DNA of 64,000 nt, taken from assembly GCA_035699205.1 (NCBI GenBank), contig DASSBA010000222.1:33988-97987 (forward strand). Reading direction: 5' to 3'. Source of the stretch: Gemmatimonadales bacterium. Lineage in GTDB: Bacteria; Gemmatimonadota; Gemmatimonadetes; Gemmatimonadales; GWC2-71-9. Shown here piece by piece: positions 16,135 through 24,688 of the stretch (within the stretch, counting starts at the first letter, position 1; each line of letters begins with the position of its first letter). Below the pieces are notes generated by a model. It ran no database searches. It was not told the DNA's origin and was given only the letters and a program-made list of their open reading frames with translations. Made by a program: the position numbers and the translations under genes.

Positions 16135-17739
16135 TCAAGCGGTGTGGTGTGCGCCCACGAACGCTTGGTAGACGTCGTCGCGCCACCACGCCTTGGACTC
16201 GGCCATGCGCGCCAGCGCCTCGACCGGGGTCATGGCGGGACGGTAGCTCCGGGTGGTCGTCAGCGCATCGTATACGTCGACGATACAGATGATCTGCGCG
16301 TTCAGGGCGATCTCGTCCCCGCGCAGGCGGTCCGGATACCCCGTCCCGTCGTACTTCTCGTGATGCCACCGGATGATCGGCTTGATATCCCACGGAAATT
16401 CGACCGTGGCGAGCATCTCCACGCCCCACACCGGATGCATCTGGATCACCCCGAACTCCTCGTCGGTCAGCTTCCCCGGCTTGTTCAGGATCTCGTGCGG
16501 GACCTTCACCTTGCCGAGGTCGTGCAGGTACGCCCCGATGCGGATCGTGGTCTGCTGGTCTTCGTCCAGGGCCAGCGCCCGGGCCAGGCGGACCGCGTAG
16601 CCGGCCACCCGCTCGCAGTGACCGAAGGTGTAGCCGTCCGACGATTCGATCGACTGGCCCCACTCGCGCACCACCGCGAAGTACGTCTCTTCCAGCCGGT
16701 GCACCTTGGTCGAGACGTCCACCAGGTCCACCCGGGCATCGAGCCGGCCGAAGAGGCGGTGCGCGACGTTGAGCAGGCCCAGCGCCTCCTGATTCCGGCT
16801 CATCGCCTGGTAGAGCAGCGCCAGCTCGCGCGAGGCCTCGGCCTCGCTCAGCACCGAGCCGGTGCTCACCGCCAGCTCGACCGCCGACCGGAGCCGGGCC
16901 TCGGCCAGGGCGTGCCGGCCGGTCTCCCGGTAGGTCCGGCCGATGACCTTGTAGGCGTCGGCCTTGTCGAGCCTGGAGCCCAGCCGGTCGAAGATGCTCA
17001 GGGCGGCTTCGGCGTTCTGCCGCGCGAGCTCGTAGCGCTGGCGGGCGAGGTGAACCTCGGAGTGGTTGAGCAGGCCGAGTCCCTGGAGGTGAATGTCCCC
17101 GATGGATTCGGCCACATCGAGACTCCGCCGGAAGTACTCGTCGGCGTCGTCCCACAGCTCACGGTCGGCGCTCACCATGCCCAGGTTGTGATACGCGATG
17201 GCGCGCCCGCGGTCGTCACCCACCGCCTCGAAAGCGAACAGCGACTGCTGGTAGTGCGCCAACGCCTCCGCCACCGCGCCCTGCATGTTGGCCAGGATGC
17301 CGAGGTTCTGCTCGATGCGGCCGCGCAGCTCGGCGCTGCCACCGCCCAGGGCCAGCGCCTCGTAGAAGCCTTCGCGAGCCGCTTCGATGGCTCCGCTCTC
17401 GAAGTCGAAGCCGGCGAGCGCGTTGATCGCCTCCGCGGCCAGAACGGCGTGCCCGTGCCGGCCCGCGATCTCGCGGCTTCGGGCGCAGAGCCGGCGGGCC
17501 TCCGCCGGCTCGTCGCGAAGATGGTGCACCACGCCGCGCCGGCGCAGCGCCTCCGCCAGCACCGCGGTGTCGCCCGCCGCCTCGGCCGCGCCGATGGCGG
17601 CATCATAGCACTGCACGGCCTCCACGATCGCGCCGCCCCGCTCGTGGGCGCGCGCCTCCTGCAGCAAAGCGCCAGCGCGGGACGGCCCGGTGTTCTGGGC
17701 CGCCCCGCGCTGAGAGACCGAAACGGGGTCCGGGTGCAA
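16135..17739 (-). CDS. TPR-repeat protein with C-terminal HD-GYP domain (putative c-di-GMP phosphodiesterase)
   Basis: Contains HDLGK and HHEKYDGTGYP motifs, with TPR-like helical repeats upstream. The start is uncertain: I chose TTG 17739 just after the upstream stop, because the longer track ORF overlaps the neighbouring gene. Confidence 0.8.
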   Translation of the reverse strand: MHPDPVSVSQRGAAQNTGPSRAGALLQEARAHERGGAIVEAVQCYDAAIGAAEAAGDTAVLAEALRRRGVVHHLRDEPAEARRLCARSREIAGRHGHAVLAAEAINALAGFDFESGAIEAAREGFYEALALGGGSAELRGRIEQNLGILANMQGAVAEALAHYQQSLFAFEAVGDDRGRAIAYHNLGMVSADRELWDDADEYFRRSLDVAESIGDIHLQGLGLLNHSEVHLARQRYELARQNAEAALSIFDRLGSRLDKADAYKVIGRTYRETGRHALAEARLRSAVELAVSTGSVLSEAEASRELALLYQAMSRNQEALGLLNVAHRLFGRLDARVDLVDVSTKVHRLEETYFAVVREWGQSIESSDGYTFGHCERVAGYAVRLARALALDEDQQTTIRIGAYLHDLGKVKVPHEILNKPGKLTDEEFGVIQMHPVWGVEMLATVEFPWDIKPIIRWHHEKYDGTGYPDRLRGDEIALNAQIICIVDVYDALTTTRSYRPAMTPVEALARMAESKAWWRDDVYQAFVGAHHTA

Positions 17740-17744
17740 GGCCC

Positions 17745-18308
17745 TCAGTACGCCACGGCGTAGCGCGAGAAGTGATCGATCGGGCTGGTCACCGTCTTGG
17801 TGCGGGTCGCGTCCTTCGTCTGGAGAATGTTCAGGATCTTGAGCAGCTCGTTGGTATACACGATCCGCTTCGAGCCCAGGACCACCAGGCAGTTCTGGTA
17901 GCTCATCGTGAGCTGCGCCGGCTTCTCGAACCGCAGGCCTTCGGGGCTGAAGCGGACGGAGTTGACCGAGCCCCGTACCTGCTCCGCCGTGATCGTCACG
18001 CTGCTGCGGAGCGCACCGCGCGGGATCACCAGCTTGTGCTGGCCGACGACGATGGTGCCACCCTTCGGCCCGATGACACTGCTGGTCACCGCGTACGGCT
18101 GAGCCTGGCACACCAGCAGGTCCACCGTCGACGACACCAGCGTTGTTACCGGCGACAGCAGCGTGCCGATCGGGGCCAGCAACTGGGACGGCGGCTGGAC
18201 CGCCGGCGCCGCCGGGGCCAGCGGGTCCTCGCTCGAGGTACAGCTCACACCCCCGGTGAGTGCCGTGATCAGGGCGAGCGCGAAGAACCTGCGGTTCCAC
18301 TTGGACAT
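17745..18308 (-). CDS. hypothetical lipoprotein
   Basis: ATG 18308 with GGAG upstream. N-terminus MSKWNRRFFALALITALTGGVSC is a lipobox. Confidence 0.55.
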   Translation of the reverse strand: MSKWNRRFFALALITALTGGVSCTSSEDPLAPAAPAVQPPSQLLAPIGTLLSPVTTLVSSTVDLLVCQAQPYAVTSSVIGPKGGTIVVGQHKLVIPRGALRSSVTITAEQVRGSVNSVRFSPEGLRFEKPAQLTMSYQNCLVVLGSKRIVYTNELLKILNILQTKDATRTKTVTSPIDHFSRYAVAY

Positions 18309-18612
18309 TTCACGCACTCCGGCTGGGGTGGACTCCATGCGACGATACCGCGACCCGGAATCGGGTCGCCGGAGGACGCCGGAGACCGCCAGCCCGGACG
18401 GGCGGCGGATCATCTGACGTCTTCCGGTACGCGGGACACCAGAACTCGATGCGGCGAGGAGGCAATCGTCGTGCCCGCCGAGGCACGCTCTGTCAACGAG
18501 TTGGACGGTCAACTTCCATACATCGATAGCGCGCTATGCGTGCCCGGGATACGTCCGGTGCAACATTTCGTCGGACCTGAATCGGCGGCCGACTGCCAGG
18601 TTCTGCATCGGC

Positions 18613-20334
18613 TCACCGTGCCGCAATCGGGGTGTGGCCGCGCGAAATGCGCGAACTTCGGAGCCCGCTCAACCAGCTGTAGGGATCGATATCGAGGCCC
18701 TGAATCCGCCGCGACACCGCGGCAAGATTCGCCGGCGCGTAGAGGAAGAGCGCGGGCGCGTCGGCGTTCAGGGTGTCCATGGCTTCCCGGTACAGCCGGC
18801 GCGATTCCGCCACGTCGCGGCTGCGGCCGGCCCGGGCGAACAGCGAATCGAACGCCGAGTTCGCATAATGGCCGAAGTTGAGCGCGTCCCAGCCCGCTCG
18901 AGTCCACTGATCGGCAAGGCCGCGGGGGCTGGGCTCGTCCAGCCAGGCGCCGATGAACGCGTCGAATTTGCCGTGCCCGAGTCGCTCCTGGAACACCGGG
19001 AAGTCGACTGCCGTCACGGTGACCGCTGCCCCCACCGCCTGCCACATCGCCTGGAGCGCCACCGCGAGCTGCCGGCGGGTCGGGCTGGTACTCGGCACGA
19101 GGATGTCGAACGCCAATGCCCGGCCGCCCCGCTGCCGGGGCTTCCCAGGCGCGGCCCGCCTCCAGCCCGCCGCAACGAGCGCGCGGCCGGCCTCCGCGGT
19201 GTCGAACGGAATGGTGCGGATGCCCTCGTCCCAGATCCACAGCAACTGCGACATCGGCCCGGGCGGTGCCTTCGCGTCCGGCCCGAAGGCCGATCGGGCC
19301 AGCGTTGCGCGGTCCACAGCGAGCGCGAGGGCACGCCGGGTCGCCACATCGCCGAACACCGGGTGCGGCTGAGCGCGCGGCCCGCCGGAAATCCTGAAGC
19401 CCAGGAAGCCGTAGGTCGCCGAGGGATAGCGGACGAGGCGGAGCTCCGGGTCGTGTGACACGCGCTCCCCCCGATTCGCTGCTCCCACCGTCTCCAGCAG
19501 ATCGGCCTCGTGGCTCAGCACCAGGTTGAGCGCGGCATCCGGATCGCTGGTGAAGCGCCAGATCACCCGGCGCAGTGCCGGCGGCTGCCTCGCAGCGCTG
19601 TCGGCAACCAGGCGCAGAAACTCCCCGTGTTTCCAGGCCTCCACCCGATAGGGTCCGCTCCCCACGAGATCTCCGATCGCCGTGTCGGCCGCCCAGGTCT
19701 CCTTCGGCTTGCCGGACCAGATGTGCCTGGGGATGACCCGGACGTGGTACGTCGCATCGTACAGCTGTTCGGAGGACGGCTGGGCGAACCGAACCAGTAC
19801 CGTGGCCGAGTCCTCGATGCGCACGGCGACGCGGTTCGCGAGGTACGGCCGGGCGGGAGCATCGAGCTGCGAGTCGCTGAACGCTTCGAACGAGAACCGC
19901 ACATCCTCGGCGGTGACCGGGACGCCGTCCTGCCAGCGCGCGCCCGGGCGCAGGTGGAACCGCCAGGTGAGGGAATCGAGCCGCTCCCAGCGCGTGGCCA
20001 GCGCCGGCCGATACGCGGTGCTGTCGATCGGAGCAGCGCCCGGGGCCAGGTCGGCCAGGCGCTCGTAGACCTGGTCGCCGATGTCCCGCGCCACGGTCTC
20101 GACCGCAAGCGGCGGCAGCAATTGACTGGGGTCTCCGGTCGCCGCAATCACGACCGTATCGCACTTCTCGCAATTCGACGCGCCCGGCCGGCAGCCGGCC
20201 GCCATGGCGATCGCCACGCCAGCGATCGCCTGAGGCCACCGTGCGCGAAGTTGCACGGCACGGAATCGAGCTCGGCGCGCACATTGCGGCAAACCGCGGA
20301 TCGTCACGGCGGAATCCGGTACCATCGTGTGCAT
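18613..20334 (-). CDS. ABC transporter substrate-binding protein, family 5 (peptide/nickel type)
   Basis: Family-5 SBP-like core (WRFHLRPGARWQDGVPVTAEDV...). The N-terminus has RRARF (Tat-like) followed by AMAAGC. Start lies between 20256 and 20334. Confidence 0.8.
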   Translation of the reverse strand: MHTMVPDSAVTIRGLPQCARRARFRAVQLRARWPQAIAGVAIAMAAGCRPGASNCEKCDTVVIAATGDPSQLLPPLAVETVARDIGDQVYERLADLAPGAAPIDSTAYRPALATRWERLDSLTWRFHLRPGARWQDGVPVTAEDVRFSFEAFSDSQLDAPARPYLANRVAVRIEDSATVLVRFAQPSSEQLYDATYHVRVIPRHIWSGKPKETWAADTAIGDLVGSGPYRVEAWKHGEFLRLVADSAARQPPALRRVIWRFTSDPDAALNLVLSHEADLLETVGAANRGERVSHDPELRLVRYPSATYGFLGFRISGGPRAQPHPVFGDVATRRALALAVDRATLARSAFGPDAKAPPGPMSQLLWIWDEGIRTIPFDTAEAGRALVAAGWRRAAPGKPRQRGGRALAFDILVPSTSPTRRQLAVALQAMWQAVGAAVTVTAVDFPVFQERLGHGKFDAFIGAWLDEPSPRGLADQWTRAGWDALNFGHYANSAFDSLFARAGRSRDVAESRRLYREAMDTLNADAPALFLYAPANLAAVSRRIQGLDIDPYSWLSGLRSSRISRGHTPIAAR

Positions 20335-20356
20335 GATCCCCTCGAGGAGAAAACCC

Positions 20357-21157
20357 ATGAGCATCCTTCGACCCCGATACCTGCCCCTCTTCGCGTTGGT
20401 CCTCGGCCTCTCGGCCTGCGGCGATTCGAGCGGGACCGGACGGGTCACCTTTCAACTCTCGAGCCGCGCCTCCATGCCCATGAGCGCGTCAATTGCCGGA
20501 CCGCGGTTCTCCTCGGGCGCGGCAGACCAGGCCGCCATCTCGCTCGGCGGGGACCAGATCGTGATCGACCAGGTCGAGCTCGTCCTGCGGAAGATCCGGT
20601 TCGAGGGAATTGGAGCGGGCGCGTGCGAAGGCGGTGGGACCGGGGTCTCGGGGGAAGCAGAGGAGTGTGGGGAATTCCGCGCCGGCCCCGAGCTGTTCGA
20701 CCTGCCGCTCGGTGAGGGGGTCCTCCAGACCTTCACGGCCACGGTCCCCGTGGGCGCTTACCGGGAGGTCCAGTTCCAGATCCACCGCCCTACCGACGAG
20801 AACGGTGACGCAGCGTTCCTCGCCGGCCACCCGGACTTCGGGGGCGCCAGCATCCGGGTCACCGGCACCTACCAGAGGGCGGGCGATCCCACTGTCGTCC
20901 CGTTCACCTATGTCTCGGACCTCACGGAGGTGCTGAACGTGGCACTGGCGCAGCCGATCGAAGTGGCCGAGGGCCAGACACTGGCGCTCACGCTCTCCAT
21001 CGACCTGTCGGGCTGGTTCACCAACGTCGGCGGCACCGGGTTGGTCGATCCCGCCCAGGCCCTCGACGGCCAGCCGCTGGAGACCATGGTGGAGCAGAAC
21101 ATCCGGAGCTCGTTCCACGCCTTCGAGGACGACGACGGAGACGGCACGGCGGACTGA
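20357..21157 (+). CDS. hypothetical lipoprotein
   Basis: ATG 20357 with GAGGAG 7 nt upstream. Lipobox LVLGLSAC. Acidic tail DDDGDGTAD. Possibly DUF4382-like (weak recollection). Confidence 0.55.
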   Translation: MSILRPRYLPLFALVLGLSACGDSSGTGRVTFQLSSRASMPMSASIAGPRFSSGAADQAAISLGGDQIVIDQVELVLRKIRFEGIGAGACEGGGTGVSGEAEECGEFRAGPELFDLPLGEGVLQTFTATVPVGAYREVQFQIHRPTDENGDAAFLAGHPDFGGASIRVTGTYQRAGDPTVVPFTYVSDLTEVLNVALAQPIEVAEGQTLALTLSIDLSGWFTNVGGTGLVDPAQALDGQPLETMVEQNIRSSFHAFEDDDGDGTAD

Positions 21158-21163
21158 ACAGCC

Positions 21164-21233
21164 GCGAGCGGCGAGCGGCGAGCGGTGAGCGGTGGCTTCC
21201 GGAACGACCGCACACCGCTTACCGCTTCGCGCG
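21164..21233. repeat. hairpin built from tandem heptamers (GCGAGCG x3, GTGAGCG vs CACCGCT/TACCGCT)
   Basis: The left array 21164-21195 pairs with 21213-21229, giving a 16-bp stem with two G-U pairs on the + strand RNA and an 18-nt loop. It lies between convergent stops at 21157 (+) and 21235 (-). Confidence 0.7.
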
Positions 21234-21234
21234 T

Positions 21235-23277
21235 TCATGCGACCGCGTGCTCCTTTTCGTTCTCCGCCGCCACTCTGGCCGCCACTTCCGGCGGCGCCTC
21301 CGCGTACCCGTGGAACTTCTCCCGGTGGGTGCCCCGACCGTGGGTGATGGAGTGCAGCGTCGTCGAGTACCGGTAGAGCTCCGCCTCCGGCACGATGGCC
21401 CGCACCTTGGTGAGCCGGCCGTCCGGCTCGGTGCCGAGGATCTGCCCCCGCCGGGCGCTCAGGTCGCCCATCACGTCGCCGAGGAGCTCGTCGGGCGCCC
21501 AGACGGTCACTTCGATCAACGGCTCGAGCAGGACCGGGCGGGCCTTCGCGGCCACGTTCCGGAACGCCAGGATACCCGCCATCTTGAACGACATCTCGTT
21601 GGAATCCACGTCGTGGTAGGACCCGTCGAAGCACTCCACCTGGAAGTCCACCATGGGGTACCCCGCCACCACCCCCCGCTCCGCCGACTCCTGGACGCCC
21701 CGGTCCACCGCCGGAATGAACTTGTTGGGGATCACGCCGCCGACGATGCTGTCCACGAACTCGTAGCCCGCCCCGCGCGGACGGGGGGAGATCCGGATCC
21801 AGCAGTCGCCGTACTGCCCGCGGCCGCCGCTCTGTTTCTTGTGCTTGCCCTGGCCCTCGGCCTTCCCCCTGATCGTCTCGCGGTACGCCACGCGCGGACG
21901 CGCCAGCTCGGCGTGCACGCCGTACTTCCGCTCCAGCCGCTGCAGGATGGTCTCGAAGTGCCGCTCTCCCATGCCATGAATCAGCGTCTGGCCGAGCTCG
22001 GAACTGTACTCGAAATGAAAGGTGGGGTCCTCCTCGTGCAGCTTGTGGAGGCCCGCGGCCAGCTTGTCCTCCTCACCCCGCTGCTTCACCACGACGGCCG
22101 AGGTGGCCTCGGAGGCCGGCAGCGGGATCGGCGGGAGCCGGACCGGCGCGTCGCGCCGGCAGAAGGTGTCACCCGTATGGGTGTCCTTGAGCTTGGCGAC
22201 CGACCCGATGTCCCCTGCGCAGAGCTGCTCCACCTCGATTCGCTCCTTGCCCTGCTGGATCGAGAGGTGGTTCAGCTTCTCGGCCACGTCGTGCTCGGCG
22301 TTCCAGACCTCGTCCCCGTTCCGGAGCTCGCCCGTGTAGAGCCGGAACAGGCTCACATCGCCCACATGCGGCTCGGACATCGTCTTGAACACCCGACCGA
22401 CCAGCGGCGCGTCCACCGGCGGCGTGCGCTCGGCGGGTGACGGGAACAACTCCACCATCTTCCGGAGCAGTGTCCGGAGCCCATAGGTCAGCGTGGCGCT
22501 GCCGCAGAAGAGGGGGACGACCTGCCCCCCCAGCATCGCGTTCTTGACCGCACCGATGAACTGCTCGCGCGGGATCTCCTCCCCCGCGAGATAGCGCTCG
22601 ATCAGGTCGTCGTCGGTCGAGGCGACCGCCTCCGTGAGGTGCTCGCCGTATTCCCGGTAGCGCGCCTCATATTCCGCGGGGATCGGCACCACCTCGTTCT
22701 CGCCCTTGAGCGCGCCCTTCTGGTAGAGGTGGCAGTGACCGGAGAAGAGGTTGATGATCCCGTGGAAGTCGGGGCCGTCGCCGACCGGAATCTCCACCGG
22801 CACGACCCTGGACGTCAGATGCGCCCTCACGTGGGCGAAAACCCGCTCGAAGTCCGCGTGCTCCTTATCCATGAGCGAGACGAACAGGGCGCGGGGCAGA
22901 TGCAGCCGGTCGAGGACCTCCCAGGCCTTTTCGGTGCCCACCTCGACCCCGCTGGTGCCGCTCACCACGACCACGGCGGCGTCGGCGGCATGCAGGCCGG
23001 TGACGACTTCACCGAAGTAATCGAGGTAGCCCGGGGTGTCGATGAGGTTGAGCTTGGTGTCCATCCACTCGGCGAAGCCCAGGGCCAGATTGATGGAATG
23101 CTGTCGGGCGATTTCGTCGGGGGAGTAATCGGTGAGGGTGGTACCGTCCTTGATGCCGCCATGGCGGCGGCTGCTGCCGGATACCCAGGCGAGGGCGTCC
23201 ACGAGCGACGTCTTGCCGCTGCCTCCATGACCGACGAACGCCACGTTGCGGATGGCGCTGGAGCCATAGACCTTCAT
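21235..23277 (-). CDS. elongation factor G family GTPase (stand-alone paralogue)
   Basis: ATG 23277 about 9 nt after AAGGAGG. Contains G1 GHGGSGKT, G3 DTPG, and EF-G domains II-V. It is not in an rpsL-rpsG-fusA-tuf context. Confidence 0.9.
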   Translation of the reverse strand: MKVYGSSAIRNVAFVGHGGSGKTSLVDALAWVSGSSRRHGGIKDGTTLTDYSPDEIARQHSINLALGFAEWMDTKLNLIDTPGYLDYFGEVVTGLHAADAAVVVVSGTSGVEVGTEKAWEVLDRLHLPRALFVSLMDKEHADFERVFAHVRAHLTSRVVPVEIPVGDGPDFHGIINLFSGHCHLYQKGALKGENEVVPIPAEYEARYREYGEHLTEAVASTDDDLIERYLAGEEIPREQFIGAVKNAMLGGQVVPLFCGSATLTYGLRTLLRKMVELFPSPAERTPPVDAPLVGRVFKTMSEPHVGDVSLFRLYTGELRNGDEVWNAEHDVAEKLNHLSIQQGKERIEVEQLCAGDIGSVAKLKDTHTGDTFCRRDAPVRLPPIPLPASEATSAVVVKQRGEEDKLAAGLHKLHEEDPTFHFEYSSELGQTLIHGMGERHFETILQRLERKYGVHAELARPRVAYRETIRGKAEGQGKHKKQSGGRGQYGDCWIRISPRPRGAGYEFVDSIVGGVIPNKFIPAVDRGVQESAERGVVAGYPMVDFQVECFDGSYHDVDSNEMSFKMAGILAFRNVAAKARPVLLEPLIEVTVWAPDELLGDVMGDLSARRGQILGTEPDGRLTKVRAIVPEAELYRYSTTLHSITHGRGTHREKFHGYAEAPPEVAARVAAENEKEHAVA

Positions 23278-23415
23278 GGCCTCCACCTCCTTCGGAGAGT
23301 TGGATTTTCAAGGTGGAGAGGGGGGAAGAAGTTGTCAAATCAGGCTGGCGCGGCCGGCGCCCGGGCTGTAGCATAGTGCCGCATGCCGGTCCTCCCCCCA
23401 CACTCAGGAGCCCTC

Positions 23416-23898
23416 ATGTCACGCCCGTCGTGCTTCCGCCTGGCTGCTCCGCTGGTGTTGGCAGTGACCCTCGTCGGCACCGCGGCCGCTCAGGGAGTCG
23501 AGACCCCTCACATTCCCCTCCGCACGGTGATCGACCAGCTCAACTCCACGCGAGCCTCGTACGAAGAGGCGTTCAACGCCAAGAACGCGGCCGCGGTCGC
23601 CGCCATGTACCTGGACGAGGCCATCGTGATCCGGCCGGACGGCAGCCAGCTCGTGGGGGCCAAGGCCATCGGTGAGGCGTTGAAGGCGGATGCGCCCACC
23701 TGGCCGCACATGGTGCTCACGTCGGATACCGTCCGGGTGTACGGCGGTACCGCGCTGGACTTCGGCACCGTGACGACGCACCCGAAGGATGGAGGCGAAA
23801 ACGTGAGCCACTACCTGGCCGTCCTGCGGCGGGGCCTGCGGGGCTGGAAGATCGCGGCGGTCTCGCAGGTACCCGTCACGGAGAAGAAGGGGGACTGA
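23416..23898 (+). CDS. SnoaL-like / DUF4440 (NTF2-fold) secreted protein
   Basis: ATG 23416 after CAGGAG. Signal peptide, then an NTF2-like pattern (YEEAFNAKNAAAVAAMY...HYLAVLRR..GWKI). Confidence 0.6.
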   Translation: MSRPSCFRLAAPLVLAVTLVGTAAAQGVETPHIPLRTVIDQLNSTRASYEEAFNAKNAAAVAAMYLDEAIVIRPDGSQLVGAKAIGEALKADAPTWPHMVLTSDTVRVYGGTALDFGTVTTHPKDGGENVSHYLAVLRRGLRGWKIAAVSQVPVTEKKGD

Positions 23899-24050
23899 GC
23901 AGGCGAGCGCCGCGGCGCTTGCGGCGCTGCATGGCCATCGGGCTTCGAAGAAACGGCCCCAGCCGCTCCAGCCGGCCGAAGGGCGTGAGCCATGCGTCCG
24001 GCCGGCGGAGCGCGGACTTGATCCCTTCGGCCGGCATGGTGGGCCGGCCG
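23876..24050 (-). pseudogene. orphan copy of the C-terminal tail of the 24689-25558 gene
   Basis: The minus-strand frame reads PTMPAEGIKSALRRPDAWLTPFGRLERLGPFLRSPMAMQRRKRRG. The true tail reads LTAPAEGLKSALRSPDVRLTPFGELERLGPFIRNQIAMQRRKRQRRKG. No SD is present, and the frame is bounded upstream by a stop. Confidence 0.55.
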
Positions 24051-24068
24051 CGGGGCCGGACCGAGACG

Positions 24069-24587
24069 CTATCTCACCCGCCCGAGCTGCACCGACAGCG
24101 TGACTCCCGCGAATGACCGTGTCCGGTTGAAGTCGGCGAAGCCGTATAAGCCGAAGCCGAGAAACGTCGCGGGTAGCCAGGCGAGTTGCGCCTCCAGCGG
24201 GAGGCCGACGACCGTACGCTGATTCTGGCAACTGCTGAAGACCGAGCCTCCCACGCAACCGTCGACAGCCGCGAGGCCGATGGCGGCCCCGGCGCGGTAC
24301 CGGTCCCTCGCGGTCCGCGTTGCGCGTCCGTACAGAACGGCGATGTCGCTGAACCCGTCCTCGAACAACCCGGCGCTCGCGGCCGCGCGCAGGGAGAACA
24401 GGTGTACGCCGTGCTGGTATGAGACCCCGGCGGCCCCGGCGAAGTCCTCGGTTCCGGCCCCGAGCCCGGCGGCAACCCAGAAGACGTCCCGGGGCGCGGC
24501 GGGCGTGTACTGCGCCAGCGCACACGCGAGGTGCGTCGGGACGACGCCTGCCAGGATCAGGAGGGTGCGGACGATCTGTCTCGACAC
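24069..24587 (-). CDS. hypothetical secreted, small beta-barrel-like protein
   Basis: GTG 24587 lies 7 nt after GGAGGG. Signal peptide MSRQIVRTLLILAGVVPTHLACALAQ. Gly/Ala/aromatic alternating sequence. No family recognised. Confidence 0.45.
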   Translation of the reverse strand: MSRQIVRTLLILAGVVPTHLACALAQYTPAAPRDVFWVAAGLGAGTEDFAGAAGVSYQHGVHLFSLRAAASAGLFEDGFSDIAVLYGRATRTARDRYRAGAAIGLAAVDGCVGGSVFSSCQNQRTVVGLPLEAQLAWLPATFLGFGLYGFADFNRTRSFAGVTLSVQLGRVR

Positions 24588-24688
24588 GCTTGATCCCTCC
24601 GGAAGGCGGGGCGGCAGATCGAAGAGAGCGAGCTTGCGACAGAAGATCGAACTTGGAGGCCGCGGAATGAGCCGTCAAGTCGTCGCGT

